A stretch of DNA of 64,000 bases from Clostridiales bacterium DTU072 (GTDB taxonomy: Bacteria > Bacillota > Clostridia > Christensenellales > DTU072), in contig LFSG01000052.1 of assembly GCA_001512685.1 (NCBI GenBank), positions 9,667-73,666 of the forward strand, in the 5' to 3' direction. The notes beneath the pieces are model-generated. The model saw nothing but the letters and a program-made list of their open reading frames with translations, did no database searches and was not told the origin of the DNA. Positions 56,026-64,000 of this stretch are shown here, piece after piece (the first letter of the stretch is position 1; every line of letters begins with the position of its first letter). The position numbers were made by a program, and so were the translations under genes.

Positions 56026-56895
56026 ATGTCTGTTTTATTTATTGATACAAATTGCGAATTATGGCACACCAAAGCCAAGGAATTGGGTATAAAGAATATT
56101 ATCAGAATGCCTTACACCATATGCGATAAGGAATATTTTTATGATTTGGGCGAAAAATATGATCCCAAAGAATTTTTTGGTTTGATGCGCAAAGGGAATA
56201 TGCCCATCACTTCCTGTCTTAACGCCGAAAACTACAAAGAATATTTTGAGCCGTTTTTCAAAAATGGCGAAGACATACTTTATGTCAGTTTTTCATCAAA
56301 AATGAGTGGAACTTTTACTTTTCTTGATATAGCCATAAAAGAACTATCCCAACAATACCCCGACGCCAAATTTACCCGTTTTGACACAAAGGGCATCAGC
56401 ATGAGCGCGGGAATATCCGTTTATTACGCCGCAAAGATGTATAAAGAAGGCAAATCTTTTGAAGAAATAATTAAATTTTTGGAGAGATTTGTGCCTAAAG
56501 TAAATATGGCGGTTACCCCCGAAAGCCTTGTTTATCTTAAGAGAGGAGGCAGATTGTCGGCGGCGCATGCGACTATAGGTAGCATTTTGCAAGTTAAACC
56601 CATAATAAGGCTGAACGATGAAGGAGCCTTAGAATCCGCCATGAAAGTAAACGGCAGAAAAAAGGCAATTGCCACTATTGCCGAACAAGTTATTCAGAAT
56701 GTGAGAGAAACAGATAAATATCCCATAACCGTGCTTGATGCGGATTGCCAAGAAGACGCCCAATTTTTAGTGGATAAGATCAAAGCGGCTTTACCCCATG
56801 CCGAAATTTGGACTTGGCCGGTAGGACCGGTAATTGGAACGCATTGCGGTCCGGGCACCGTAGGCGTCATTTATATCGGAGACAAAAGAAATTAA
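56026..56895 (+). CDS. DegV family fatty-acid-binding protein
   Basis: 289 aa from ATG 56026, with a GAAGGAG RBS. The DegV pattern is present (SSKMSGTF, LVYLKRGGRLSAAHATIGSILQVKPII). Confidence 0.85.
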   Translation: MSVLFIDTNCELWHTKAKELGIKNIIRMPYTICDKEYFYDLGEKYDPKEFFGLMRKGNMPITSCLNAENYKEYFEPFFKNGEDILYVSFSSKMSGTFTFLDIAIKELSQQYPDAKFTRFDTKGISMSAGISVYYAAKMYKEGKSFEEIIKFLERFVPKVNMAVTPESLVYLKRGGRLSAAHATIGSILQVKPIIRLNDEGALESAMKVNGRKKAIATIAEQVIQNVRETDKYPITVLDADCQEDAQFLVDKIKAALPHAEIWTWPVGPVIGTHCGPGTVGVIYIGDKRN

Positions 56896-57893
56896 TGAAA
56901 AAGCGCAAAGTGGCGTTGATATTTATCAGCGCCATATTATTTATTACATTAGTCGGTTGTTCGGCTTACAGCGGAGAACAATTGGTTTTCGGCACGTTTT
57001 ACAGCGTAAAACTGAAGGGAACTTCCGCCGCTTCCGATTTGAAAAAAATACACAAGCTCCTTGCGGAGATTGAGGCGCAGCTTTCCACAAATATCGACTC
57101 AAGCGATGTTTATAAAATTAATAACTCCCAAGCCGGAGAGCCCATAGCGGTAAGCCATCATACCATAACAATGTTCAAAAAAGCGCTTGAGCTTTATGAA
57201 TTTACCGACTATGCTTTTAACGCCGCCATTTTCCCTCTTGTGAGACTTTGGAAATTCAGCCCCGATACTTTTACGCAAACGGCGGATAAAATTCCTTCGC
57301 CGGCTGAAATCGAAAATTGTTTAAGCTATTGCGTAATGGGAAATTTTGCCTTAGACGAGGCTAATATGACAATAACAAAGCTGCATCCAAACGCAATGCT
57401 TGATTTTGGCGGGATAGCCAAAGGTTACGCCGTCGACAAAGCCAAGGAGCTGAGCAAAAACAATAAGGACATATTAATTGACATCGGAGGAAACATCACA
57501 ACCAAAGGCGGCGTAAAAAGGATAGGACTCACGCACCCGAGAAACACCGCCAAACTTTTTGGAGTAATAAACCTAAAGGATCTTTCCATCGCCACAAGCG
57601 GCGATTATGAAAGGTTTTATATCCATAACGGCGTAAGATATAATCATATTATCGCAAAAGACGGTTATCCCACGGGCATAAACAACAATGACATAATAAG
57701 CGTTTCCGTCATAGGCGAAAGCGCCATGATGTGCGACGCTCTTTCCACCGCCGTAATGATACAGGGAAGCGAATGGGCGAGCTCGGTTTTGCCCGACATA
57801 GGTTATTCCTGCATTATCATAACCAAAGAACATTACCAAATTATTGGAGACATAGATTTTGAATCAACGCAAAGCGCCTACCAAAGAATTTGA
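56895..57893 (+). CDS. apbE: FAD:protein FMN transferase ApbE, lipoprotein
   Basis: The real start is ATG 56895 (TAATG overlap with degV), giving MKKRKVALIFISAILFITLVGCS, a signal peptide plus lipobox. The ApbE motifs FGGIAKGYAVD and ATSGDYERF are present. The ORF-track start at 56808 lies inside degV. Confidence 0.88.
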   Translation: MKKRKVALIFISAILFITLVGCSAYSGEQLVFGTFYSVKLKGTSAASDLKKIHKLLAEIEAQLSTNIDSSDVYKINNSQAGEPIAVSHHTITMFKKALELYEFTDYAFNAAIFPLVRLWKFSPDTFTQTADKIPSPAEIENCLSYCVMGNFALDEANMTITKLHPNAMLDFGGIAKGYAVDKAKELSKNNKDILIDIGGNITTKGGVKRIGLTHPRNTAKLFGVINLKDLSIATSGDYERFYIHNGVRYNHIIAKDGYPTGINNNDIISVSVIGESAMMCDALSTAVMIQGSEWASSVLPDIGYSCIIITKEHYQIIGDIDFESTQSAYQRI

Positions 57894-58290
57894 GCTATTA
57901 GATCATTATCGCGATAAAGGGCTTTTCCGCAAAAGCGATATAATAACGGCTACAATTATTATCGCGCTGATAATCGTGTCCGTTGTTTTTATCTCAAACC
58001 GCGAACAGGGCGCCTCGGTGGAGATTTATTACGCGGGAGAATTAAAACGCGCATACTCTCTCAATCAAGACAGAACCATAACCATAGCCGAAAAGGGTTA
58101 TAACGAAATCGTTATAAAAGACGGCGAAGTTTATATGCGCAAAGCCGATTGCGAAAATCAGATTTGCGTAAAAACGCCTTCCATAAAATATACGGGGCAA
58201 AGAATCGTTTGCGCCCCTAACGGCATTGTAATAATAATCAGAGGAAAGTCCGAACTTGACGGCATAACGGGAGGCGCAAATGCGAGCTAA
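57859..58290 (+). CDS. NusG domain II-containing membrane-anchored protein
   Basis: 143 aa with one N-terminal TM helix. The beta-rich domain includes CENQICVKTPSIKYTGQRIVCAPNGIVIIIRG, typical of stand-alone NusG_II proteins. It has a TTG start and overlaps both apbE and the downstream gene. Confidence 0.65.
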   Translation: MNQRKAPTKEFELLDHYRDKGLFRKSDIITATIIIALIIVSVVFISNREQGASVEIYYAGELKRAYSLNQDRTITIAEKGYNEIVIKDGEVYMRKADCENQICVKTPSIKYTGQRIVCAPNGIVIIIRGKSELDGITGGANAS

Positions 58291-58780
58291 GAAGCTTACC
58301 CTTGCCGCATTGCTGCTTGCAGTGTCAATGATAGTCGGAATAATCGAAAATCTTATTCCCCCCGTTATTCCCATGCTGCCTTATATAAAAATAGGCTTGT
58401 CCAATATGGTTATCATAGTAACTATTGTTTTACTTGATTATAAGTACGCGCTTGCGGTAATTGCGCTTAAATCAATATTTGTTCCCATATTTGTAGGCAA
58501 TCCAGTCATGATACTGTATTCCCTGCCCTCCTCCATTGCTTCTACGGCTTTAAGCAGTTTATTGATTTATTCAAAAAAACTGGGGATTCCTTCCGTAAGC
58601 ATGCTGTCCGCCATTACGCATAATATTTTACAGTTATGCGTGGCGGCGATTATGACAAATTACCTTGTATTCGGATATCTGCCTTATTTTATTATAATAG
58701 GAAGCGTTTCGGGATTCTTAACCGGCGTAATATCCTATATTACAATAAAATATTTGCCTAAAAATCTTTTGCCCCGATAA
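58280..58780 (+). CDS. Gx transporter family membrane protein (heptaprenyl diphosphate synthase component I-like, PF07456-type)
   Basis: 166 aa with ~5 TM helices and N-terminus LTLAALLLAVSMIVGIIENLIPPVIPMLPYIKIGLSN. It shows the usual pairing with a NusG_II gene. Confidence 0.65.
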   Translation: MRAKKLTLAALLLAVSMIVGIIENLIPPVIPMLPYIKIGLSNMVIIVTIVLLDYKYALAVIALKSIFVPIFVGNPVMILYSLPSSIASTALSSLLIYSKKLGIPSVSMLSAITHNILQLCVAAIMTNYLVFGYLPYFIIIGSVSGFLTGVISYITIKYLPKNLLPR

Positions 58781-58787
58781 TGAAAGT

Positions 58788-60050
58788 TTAATTCTCGCCA
58801 TTTGTTTTTGGAGATTTATCGAAAGGTATAAAGTCTTCTTCCACCTCTTTGGCGTCGCAAGTAAACACCGTGCCCATGGTTATTCCTCTTCGCAATGCCC
58901 CAAAGCCGTATTTTTTCCTGATATCGTCTATGCTTTTTTCCATACGGCTGTTTTTACCTATATCCTCAAAAATATTTTGTTGAACCGCATCTTTGCCGCT
59001 CATTAGATTGTTTGCCGATACGGCTATTGACCTTAAAGGCGGCATTTTAGCAAAATCATAATTGTTTTTAAGTAAAGTAACAGCCACGGACGCTATATCG
59101 AAAGCGCTGTCGGTAAGAAAATCCAAAGTGGCCTGTCTGGTAATGGTTTTTAAGTTTTTATCCCTTAAAGCTATGGACACAACGGTAGCGGCAAGTCCGT
59201 ATTCTCTTAAGCGGTAAGCTATTATTTCGCATAACGCAAAAATCACGCTGGACGCGTCTTTATAATTGGTTACATCTTGGGCGGTGGTAGTGCCGTTCCC
59301 CACGCTTTCGGGTATGTGAACATCAGTATAAAGCTTTACTTCGCTTTCGTCTATGCCGTTTGCGTATTGGCGAAGCTTATAACCGTTCTTGCCGAATTTT
59401 TTAATCAGCTTGTCCATATCGTAATTGGCAAGCTCTCCTATAGTATATATACCCATTTTGTTGAGCTTTTCCTCGGTATGTCTGCCCACATATAATAATT
59501 CCGAAACTTTGAGCGGCCAAACCTTGGATTTATAGTTTTGTTTAGATACAACGGTAATGGCGTCGGGTTTTTTCATATCGCTGCCCAGCTTGGCGAAAAC
59601 TTTTGAAAACGACACTCCAATGGAAACGGTCAAGCCGGTCTCTCTTTTGATTTGTGATTTTATTTTTTGAGCTATCGTCAATCCGTCGCCGTAAAGCTTT
59701 ACGCAGCCGCTGACATCCAGCCAGCATTCATCCAACCCAAAGCTTTCCACCTGCGGAGTGTATTGGGTATATATATTAAAAACCTTTTTGGAATATTCGA
59801 TATATTTTTTGAAATCAGGAGGAACGGCAATTAAATTTTCGATTTTACACATTGCCGAATTTATGGTATCCCCTGTTTTTATGCCCGCTTTTTTGGCTAT
59901 TTCATTCTTCGCCAGCACAATGCCGTGTCTTTTCTTGGGGTCTCCGCAAACGATAAGGGGCTTGCCTTCCAGCTCGGGATTAAGCAATATGGCGACCGAA
60001 GCGTAAAAATTGTCGATATCGGCATGAAGGATAATTTTTTCATCACTCAT
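58788..60050 (-). CDS. dinB: DNA polymerase IV (Y-family)
   Basis: 420 aa with motifs ILHADIDNFYASV, SFGLDECWLDV and VSIGVSFSKVFAKL. Confidence 0.9.
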   Translation of the reverse strand: MSDEKIILHADIDNFYASVAILLNPELEGKPLIVCGDPKKRHGIVLAKNEIAKKAGIKTGDTINSAMCKIENLIAVPPDFKKYIEYSKKVFNIYTQYTPQVESFGLDECWLDVSGCVKLYGDGLTIAQKIKSQIKRETGLTVSIGVSFSKVFAKLGSDMKKPDAITVVSKQNYKSKVWPLKVSELLYVGRHTEEKLNKMGIYTIGELANYDMDKLIKKFGKNGYKLRQYANGIDESEVKLYTDVHIPESVGNGTTTAQDVTNYKDASSVIFALCEIIAYRLREYGLAATVVSIALRDKNLKTITRQATLDFLTDSAFDIASVAVTLLKNNYDFAKMPPLRSIAVSANNLMSGKDAVQQNIFEDIGKNSRMEKSIDDIRKKYGFGALRRGITMGTVFTCDAKEVEEDFIPFDKSPKTNGEN

Positions 60051-60612
60051 AAAGGCTTTTGTAAAGTTCCTCTACCCTGTGATATAAAGCGATTTCGTCG
60101 CCGTTGTTCTCGATAATGTCGGTGGCGTATTTTTCTCTTATTTTATCGGTAACCTGACTTGCCATAATTCTTTTGGCGTACTCCTCGCTTATGGAATCTC
60201 TCATCAGTATTCTTTTTAACCTCAATTCTTTGCCGGCTTTGACAAGCCAAATTTTGTCGAACATATCCTGCATATTGGTTTCCACAAGCAAAGGTACCTC
60301 AATAAAAACCGTGCCTTTTATTTTTTTGACTCTTTTTGTTATTTCCTCAATTATTTCGGGGTGCGCCACTTCATTCAGCTTTTCCATGGCTTTGGCGTCA
60401 TAAAATACCTTTTTGCCAAGCTCCACTCTGTCGATGACGCCGTTTTTAACCACACCTTTAAATAATTTGTCAATCTTTTCGATATAGTCGGGTCTTGTCA
60501 TAATGTCGCGATTGATTTCGTCTGCGCTGATAATATTCGCGCCAAAGGATTTAAGGATTTCCATGACTGCGGTTTTTCCGCTTCCCACTCCTCCAGTTAC
60601 AGCTATTAACAT
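60043..60612 (-). CDS. coaE: Dephospho-CoA kinase
   Basis: 189 aa with P-loop VTGGVGSGKTAV. The conserved polA-coaE order is present. Confidence 0.9.
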   Translation of the reverse strand: MLIAVTGGVGSGKTAVMEILKSFGANIISADEINRDIMTRPDYIEKIDKLFKGVVKNGVIDRVELGKKVFYDAKAMEKLNEVAHPEIIEEITKRVKKIKGTVFIEVPLLVETNMQDMFDKIWLVKAGKELRLKRILMRDSISEEYAKRIMASQVTDKIREKYATDIIENNGDEIALYHRVEELYKSLYE

Positions 60613-60629
60613 CTCTGCTCTCTCTCCTT

Positions 60630-63170
60630 TTATGCTTCATACCAATTTTTACCCGCTCTCACATTTACGGGCAAAGGCACGCTGAGTTTAACCGCGTTTT
60701 CCATATTTTCTTTTAACAGTTGCTTAACTTTTTCCGTTTCCTCCTCGGGGGCGTCGACAATAAGCTCGTCATGCACCTGCAGTATAAGCTTTGCCTTGAA
60801 ATTGCCTTCTTTCAAGGCATTATAAACCTTGAGCATGGCAATTTTGATTATATCGGACGCTCCGCCCTGCAAAGGCATATTCATGGCCGCTCTTTTGCCG
60901 AAAGTGCGGGTGGCAAAATTGGGGGAACGGAATTCGGGAAAGAATCTTATCCTTCCTTTGAAAGTTTTTAAGTAGCCTTGCTCTTGCGCTTTTTTTACAT
61001 TCATATCCATAAACTCTTTTACTGACGGATATGTTTTGAAATATTCGTCTATATATTTTTTCGCTTCGGAGCGGCTGACGGACAGGTTGCGGGACAAGCC
61101 AAAGCTGCTTATGCCGTATATTATACCGAAATTAACGGCTTTTGAAGCGTTCCTCATTTCTTCGGTTACTTCTTCGAGCGGCACATTGTATATTTTGCTT
61201 GCCGTCATTGCGTGTATATCCACGGCGTGTTTATAAGCGTCAATAAGATTTTCATCCCCCGAAAAATGAGCCAACAGCCTCAATTCTATTTGAGAATAAT
61301 CAGCTGATACAATATTGCAGCCGAGGCTTGCCACGAACATTTTTCTTATTTCCCTGCCTTCCGCTCTTCTTATCGGTATATTCTGCAAATTAGGCTCGGT
61401 GGAAGACAGTCTTCCCGTCGCCGTATTGCTCTGCTTAAAGCAGGTATGCACCCTTCCGGTGACTTTATTCATGACATTTCTCAGTCCGTCTATATATGTG
61501 GTCTTAATCTTCATTAATATCCTGTACCGCAATAGATGCTCGATAATGGGATGGTCAAGCTCTTCAAGAACTTCGGCGGATACCGAATAACCCGTCTTGT
61601 TTTTCTTTTTCGTGGGCAAGCCAAGTTTGTCAAACAAAATATGCGCCAATTGCTGCGGAGAATTGATATTGAATTCCTCTCCGGCAATGTTATAAATCTT
61701 TTTTATCAATTGATTGATTTCTTCATTATATTGGGTAGAAATGCTTTCAAGTATGTCTTTGTCAATCTTAAAACCCGTTTTTTCCATGTCGTATAGACAT
61801 TCAATTAAGGGCAATTCTATATCGTAATATAATCCGTCAAGCTCAAATTCCGCCATTTTGGCGTCCAGAATATCGTTTAATTCAAGCATAGCGCAACATA
61901 AATGTTCATAACCGGGCAAATAGATTTCAATTAATTCTTTAACGGTATTAAAGGTTCTTGAGGGATTAATCAGATAAGCCTTGAGCTGAATATCTTCATA
62001 AGGTTTTTTTATCTTAATGGAATATTCTTCCAATGAATGCATATGCTTTTTTGCATCAAAGAAAACTTTTACGTAGTCTTCGGAAAAAAGCTGTGATAAA
62101 TGCTCTGCCGCTTCATAAACGGCAATGCCTTCCCCGAACAAATCATCGCTTACGGATATATGATATTCCATGCCGCATACGGCGACGACAATGGTTTGGC
62201 CAAAATCCACAACTATTTTGCTGCCCTTGGGTATGGATGCTGTCATGGACATTAATTCCGAAACTGTCTTAATGTGTGTTATTTGAACATTTTGTTTTGC
62301 GGGCAAGTTTTCGGCGGCGTCTTCATCATACAAAAATCTTGCGCTCAATCCCTTGAATTCAAGCTCCTGCATTTTATATAAAGCTTTTTTACGCAAAGGA
62401 TATTTGAAAACGATATCTTCTATATTACATTCTATGTCCACATTGGTATTTATGGTGGCAAGCTTGCGGGAAAGATAAACATTGTCTTTGGACTCCAACA
62501 ATTTATCCTTTAATTTGCCCGTAATATTGTATATATTGTCGTAAATGTTTTCAATGCTTTGATATTCGTTTAACAATTTTCGCGCGGTTTTTTCTCCTAT
62601 GCCTCTGGCTCCGGGAATGTTGTCCGAAGCGTCCCCCGCCAGCCCTTTCAATTCAATTATCTGCCAAGGCTTAAGCCCTTCGTCGCTCAAAGCAACAAGA
62701 TTATATTCCTTAATATCCGTAACGCCTCTGCGGGTAAGATAAACCCTTGTGGTGTCGTCAACCAATTGTAAACAATCTTTGTCTCCCGTAACTATTATGG
62801 TATTTTGCTTAAACCGCTTTGCGAGCGTGCCGATTATGTCATCGGCTTCATAACCTTCTTTGGATAAAATCTTAATATCCATGGCTTCAAGAACATCTTT
62901 AAGCAAAGGAAGCTGACATCCCAATTCGTCGGGCATGCCTTTGCGATTGGCTTTATAGGCCTCATATATTTCGTTGCGGAAGGTTTTTTCCTTTTCGTCA
63001 AACACCGCGCATATATGGGTGGGATTTTCTTCGGCAATCAATCTTTGCAACATGGAAATAAAGCCGTATACCGCATTGGTAAACTGTCCTTTATTGTTTT
63101 GCATCACCGGTAAAGCGTAAAAAGCCCTGTTTATCAAGCTATTGGAATCTATTAAAACAATTTTCGTCAT
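60630..63170 (-). CDS. polA: DNA polymerase I (5' nuclease + vestigial 3'-5' exo region + family A polymerase)
   Basis: 846 aa with the 5' nuclease motif GDKDCLQLV and Pol A motifs DYSQIELRLLAH and ILQVHDELIV. I saw no DxE ExoI motif in the middle domain. Confidence 0.95.
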   Translation of the reverse strand: MTKIVLIDSNSLINRAFYALPVMQNNKGQFTNAVYGFISMLQRLIAEENPTHICAVFDEKEKTFRNEIYEAYKANRKGMPDELGCQLPLLKDVLEAMDIKILSKEGYEADDIIGTLAKRFKQNTIIVTGDKDCLQLVDDTTRVYLTRRGVTDIKEYNLVALSDEGLKPWQIIELKGLAGDASDNIPGARGIGEKTARKLLNEYQSIENIYDNIYNITGKLKDKLLESKDNVYLSRKLATINTNVDIECNIEDIVFKYPLRKKALYKMQELEFKGLSARFLYDEDAAENLPAKQNVQITHIKTVSELMSMTASIPKGSKIVVDFGQTIVVAVCGMEYHISVSDDLFGEGIAVYEAAEHLSQLFSEDYVKVFFDAKKHMHSLEEYSIKIKKPYEDIQLKAYLINPSRTFNTVKELIEIYLPGYEHLCCAMLELNDILDAKMAEFELDGLYYDIELPLIECLYDMEKTGFKIDKDILESISTQYNEEINQLIKKIYNIAGEEFNINSPQQLAHILFDKLGLPTKKKNKTGYSVSAEVLEELDHPIIEHLLRYRILMKIKTTYIDGLRNVMNKVTGRVHTCFKQSNTATGRLSSTEPNLQNIPIRRAEGREIRKMFVASLGCNIVSADYSQIELRLLAHFSGDENLIDAYKHAVDIHAMTASKIYNVPLEEVTEEMRNASKAVNFGIIYGISSFGLSRNLSVSRSEAKKYIDEYFKTYPSVKEFMDMNVKKAQEQGYLKTFKGRIRFFPEFRSPNFATRTFGKRAAMNMPLQGGASDIIKIAMLKVYNALKEGNFKAKLILQVHDELIVDAPEEETEKVKQLLKENMENAVKLSVPLPVNVRAGKNWYEA

Positions 63171-63294
63171 TATTACCTTCTATTTTCGGTTTTGCGCAAA
63201 AAGCAAGCAAAACTTCTCTAATATAAAGTATATTACCTATTGATTATTAAGTCAAAGATTATGCGTTGTTTTTTATTTTATATGCGCATTTTAT

Positions 63295-63322
63295 TTGACA
63301 AATCTGATATTTCGATTATACT
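63295..63322 (+). promoter_or_regulatory. Candidate sigma-A promoter of the amidohydrolase gene
   Basis: The sequence reads TTGACA-N16-TATACT, ~28 nt upstream of ATG 63350. Confidence 0.45.
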
Positions 63323-63349
63323 TTACCCTAACGACAGGAGTTTTCGCAT

Positions 63350-64000
63350 ATGAATTACCCCAAAATTATTGACACACACGCGCATATTTACCCGCAAAAG
63401 ATAGCCGCAAAAGCCATCAGCAATATCGGTAATTTTTACGATGTGAAGATGAACAGCGATAAAGGAACTTCAGAAGACCTTTTGGAAAGCGGCAAACAAA
63501 CTAATGTGGAAAAATATATCGTATGCTCTACCTCCACTTCCGTTCATCAAGTCAAAAACATAAACGATTTTATTGCCTCACAAGTTCAAAAACATAAAGA
63601 ATTCATAGGATTCGCCACATTGCATATTGATATGGAAGAAGAAGAAATATATAATGAAATACAGCGCATAAAAAGCGTGAATTTGAAAGGAATAAAGCTT
63701 CATCCCGATTTTCAAAGATTCGATATCGACGACCCAAGAGCCGAAAAAATATACAGAAACATAGGCCAATTGCCTATACTGTTCCATGCCGGCGATGACC
63801 GTTTCGATTATTCGGCGCCTCAACGGTTGGCAAAAGTCGCAAAAAAATTCCCAAAAATGACGGCGATAGCGGCTCATTTCGGAGGATATTGCCGTTGGAG
63901 CGAAATAGACGCGTATGACGGCTTGGATAATGTATATTTCGACACCTCAAGCTCGCTTTTCAAATTGCCCGAGATTATGGCAAAAGATATTCTTAAGCAT
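63350..64000 (+). CDS. Metal-dependent amidohydrolase family protein (amidohydrolase_2-like), 3' end beyond the window
   Basis: It has no stop in the window, so it is not in the ORF track. My translation is MNYPKIIDTHAHIYPQKIA...GIKLHPDFQRFDIDD...ILFHAGDD...AAHFGG. These HxH, H, H and D-type motifs are typical of TIM-barrel amidohydrolases. An ACAGGAG RBS is present. Confidence 0.7.
   Translation, partial: MNYPKIIDTHAHIYPQKIAAKAISNIGNFYDVKMNSDKGTSEDLLESGKQTNVEKYIVCSTSTSVHQVKNINDFIASQVQKHKEFIGFATLHIDMEEEEIYNEIQRIKSVNLKGIKLHPDFQRFDIDDPRAEKIYRNIGQLPILFHAGDDRFDYSAPQRLAKVAKKFPKMTAIAAHFGGYCRWSEIDAYDGLDNVYFDTSSSLFKLPEIMAKDILKH

Noticed and set aside
60630-63170. Pol I apparently lacking 3'-5' proofreading motifs, considered as a functional partner for the mini-PolC exonuclease.
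   Set aside because: Loss of the ExoI-III motifs is common in Firmicute Pol I enzymes (Bst-like), so it is not unusual by itself. Any link to the mini-PolC is pure speculation.
1-64000. Search for CRISPR arrays, transposases, integrases, phage genes, toxin-antitoxin pairs, restriction-modification or other recognisable defence modules.
   Set aside because: None was seen. There are no direct-repeat/spacer periodicity and no recombinase-like ORFs. Every ORF over 100 aa that I accept has a housekeeping, sporulation, envelope or surface-protein assignment.

Overview
This is a 64-kb chromosomal core segment, roughly 38-40% GC by eye, from a low-GC endospore-forming Firmicute, most likely class Clostridia. 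Two things point there. The RNase P RNA is the type-A form rather than Bacillus type-B. The gene order rpsB-tsf-pyrH-frr-uppS-cdsA-dxr-rseP-ispG-[polC slot]-rimP-nusA-ylxR-ylxQ-infB-rbfA-nrnA-truB-ribF ... pheST is the clostridial version of the classic Firmicute translation/envelope macro-cluster. All 31 genes between 1 and 45.5 kb are on the minus strand and tightly packed, and there are five 1-nt TAATG stop/start overlaps (6874, 7221, 13552, 15702, 56895). I call 51 CDS (2 partial), 2 tRNAs and RNase P RNA, plus several consensus-like sigma-A promoters and intrinsic terminators. I saw no rRNA, CRISPR, transposase, integrase or phage genes, so most of the window is ordinary core genome. Several ORF-track starts are over-extended and are corrected here: dxr, cdsA, tsf, the giant gene, the ABC permease, rarA, sigK, degV and apbE. 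Items worth a second look: (1) A 511-aa 'mini-PolC' (PolC N-domain + OB fold + intact DEDDh exonuclease, no PHP or polymerase domains) sits exactly where Firmicutes encode full-length PolC. (2) An 11.25-kb gene encodes a 3,749-aa lipoprotein that looks like five complete BspA-type LRR units fused head to tail, with B-repeats at the N-terminus and at one internal joint. (3) A 2,481-aa GT84/GH94 cyclic-beta-1,2-glucan-synthase-like membrane protein occurs in a Gram-positive spore former. (4) A tandem tRNA-Leu(CAG)/tRNA-Leu(AAG) pair includes an unusual A34 anticodon. (5) sigK, sigG, sigE and spoIIGA lie within 4.1 kb in a non-canonical arrangement. (6) There is a translationally coupled degV-apbE-NusG_II-Gx cassette. 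(7) There is an orphan ku. None of these is proven novel from sequence alone, and each finding lists a decisive check.
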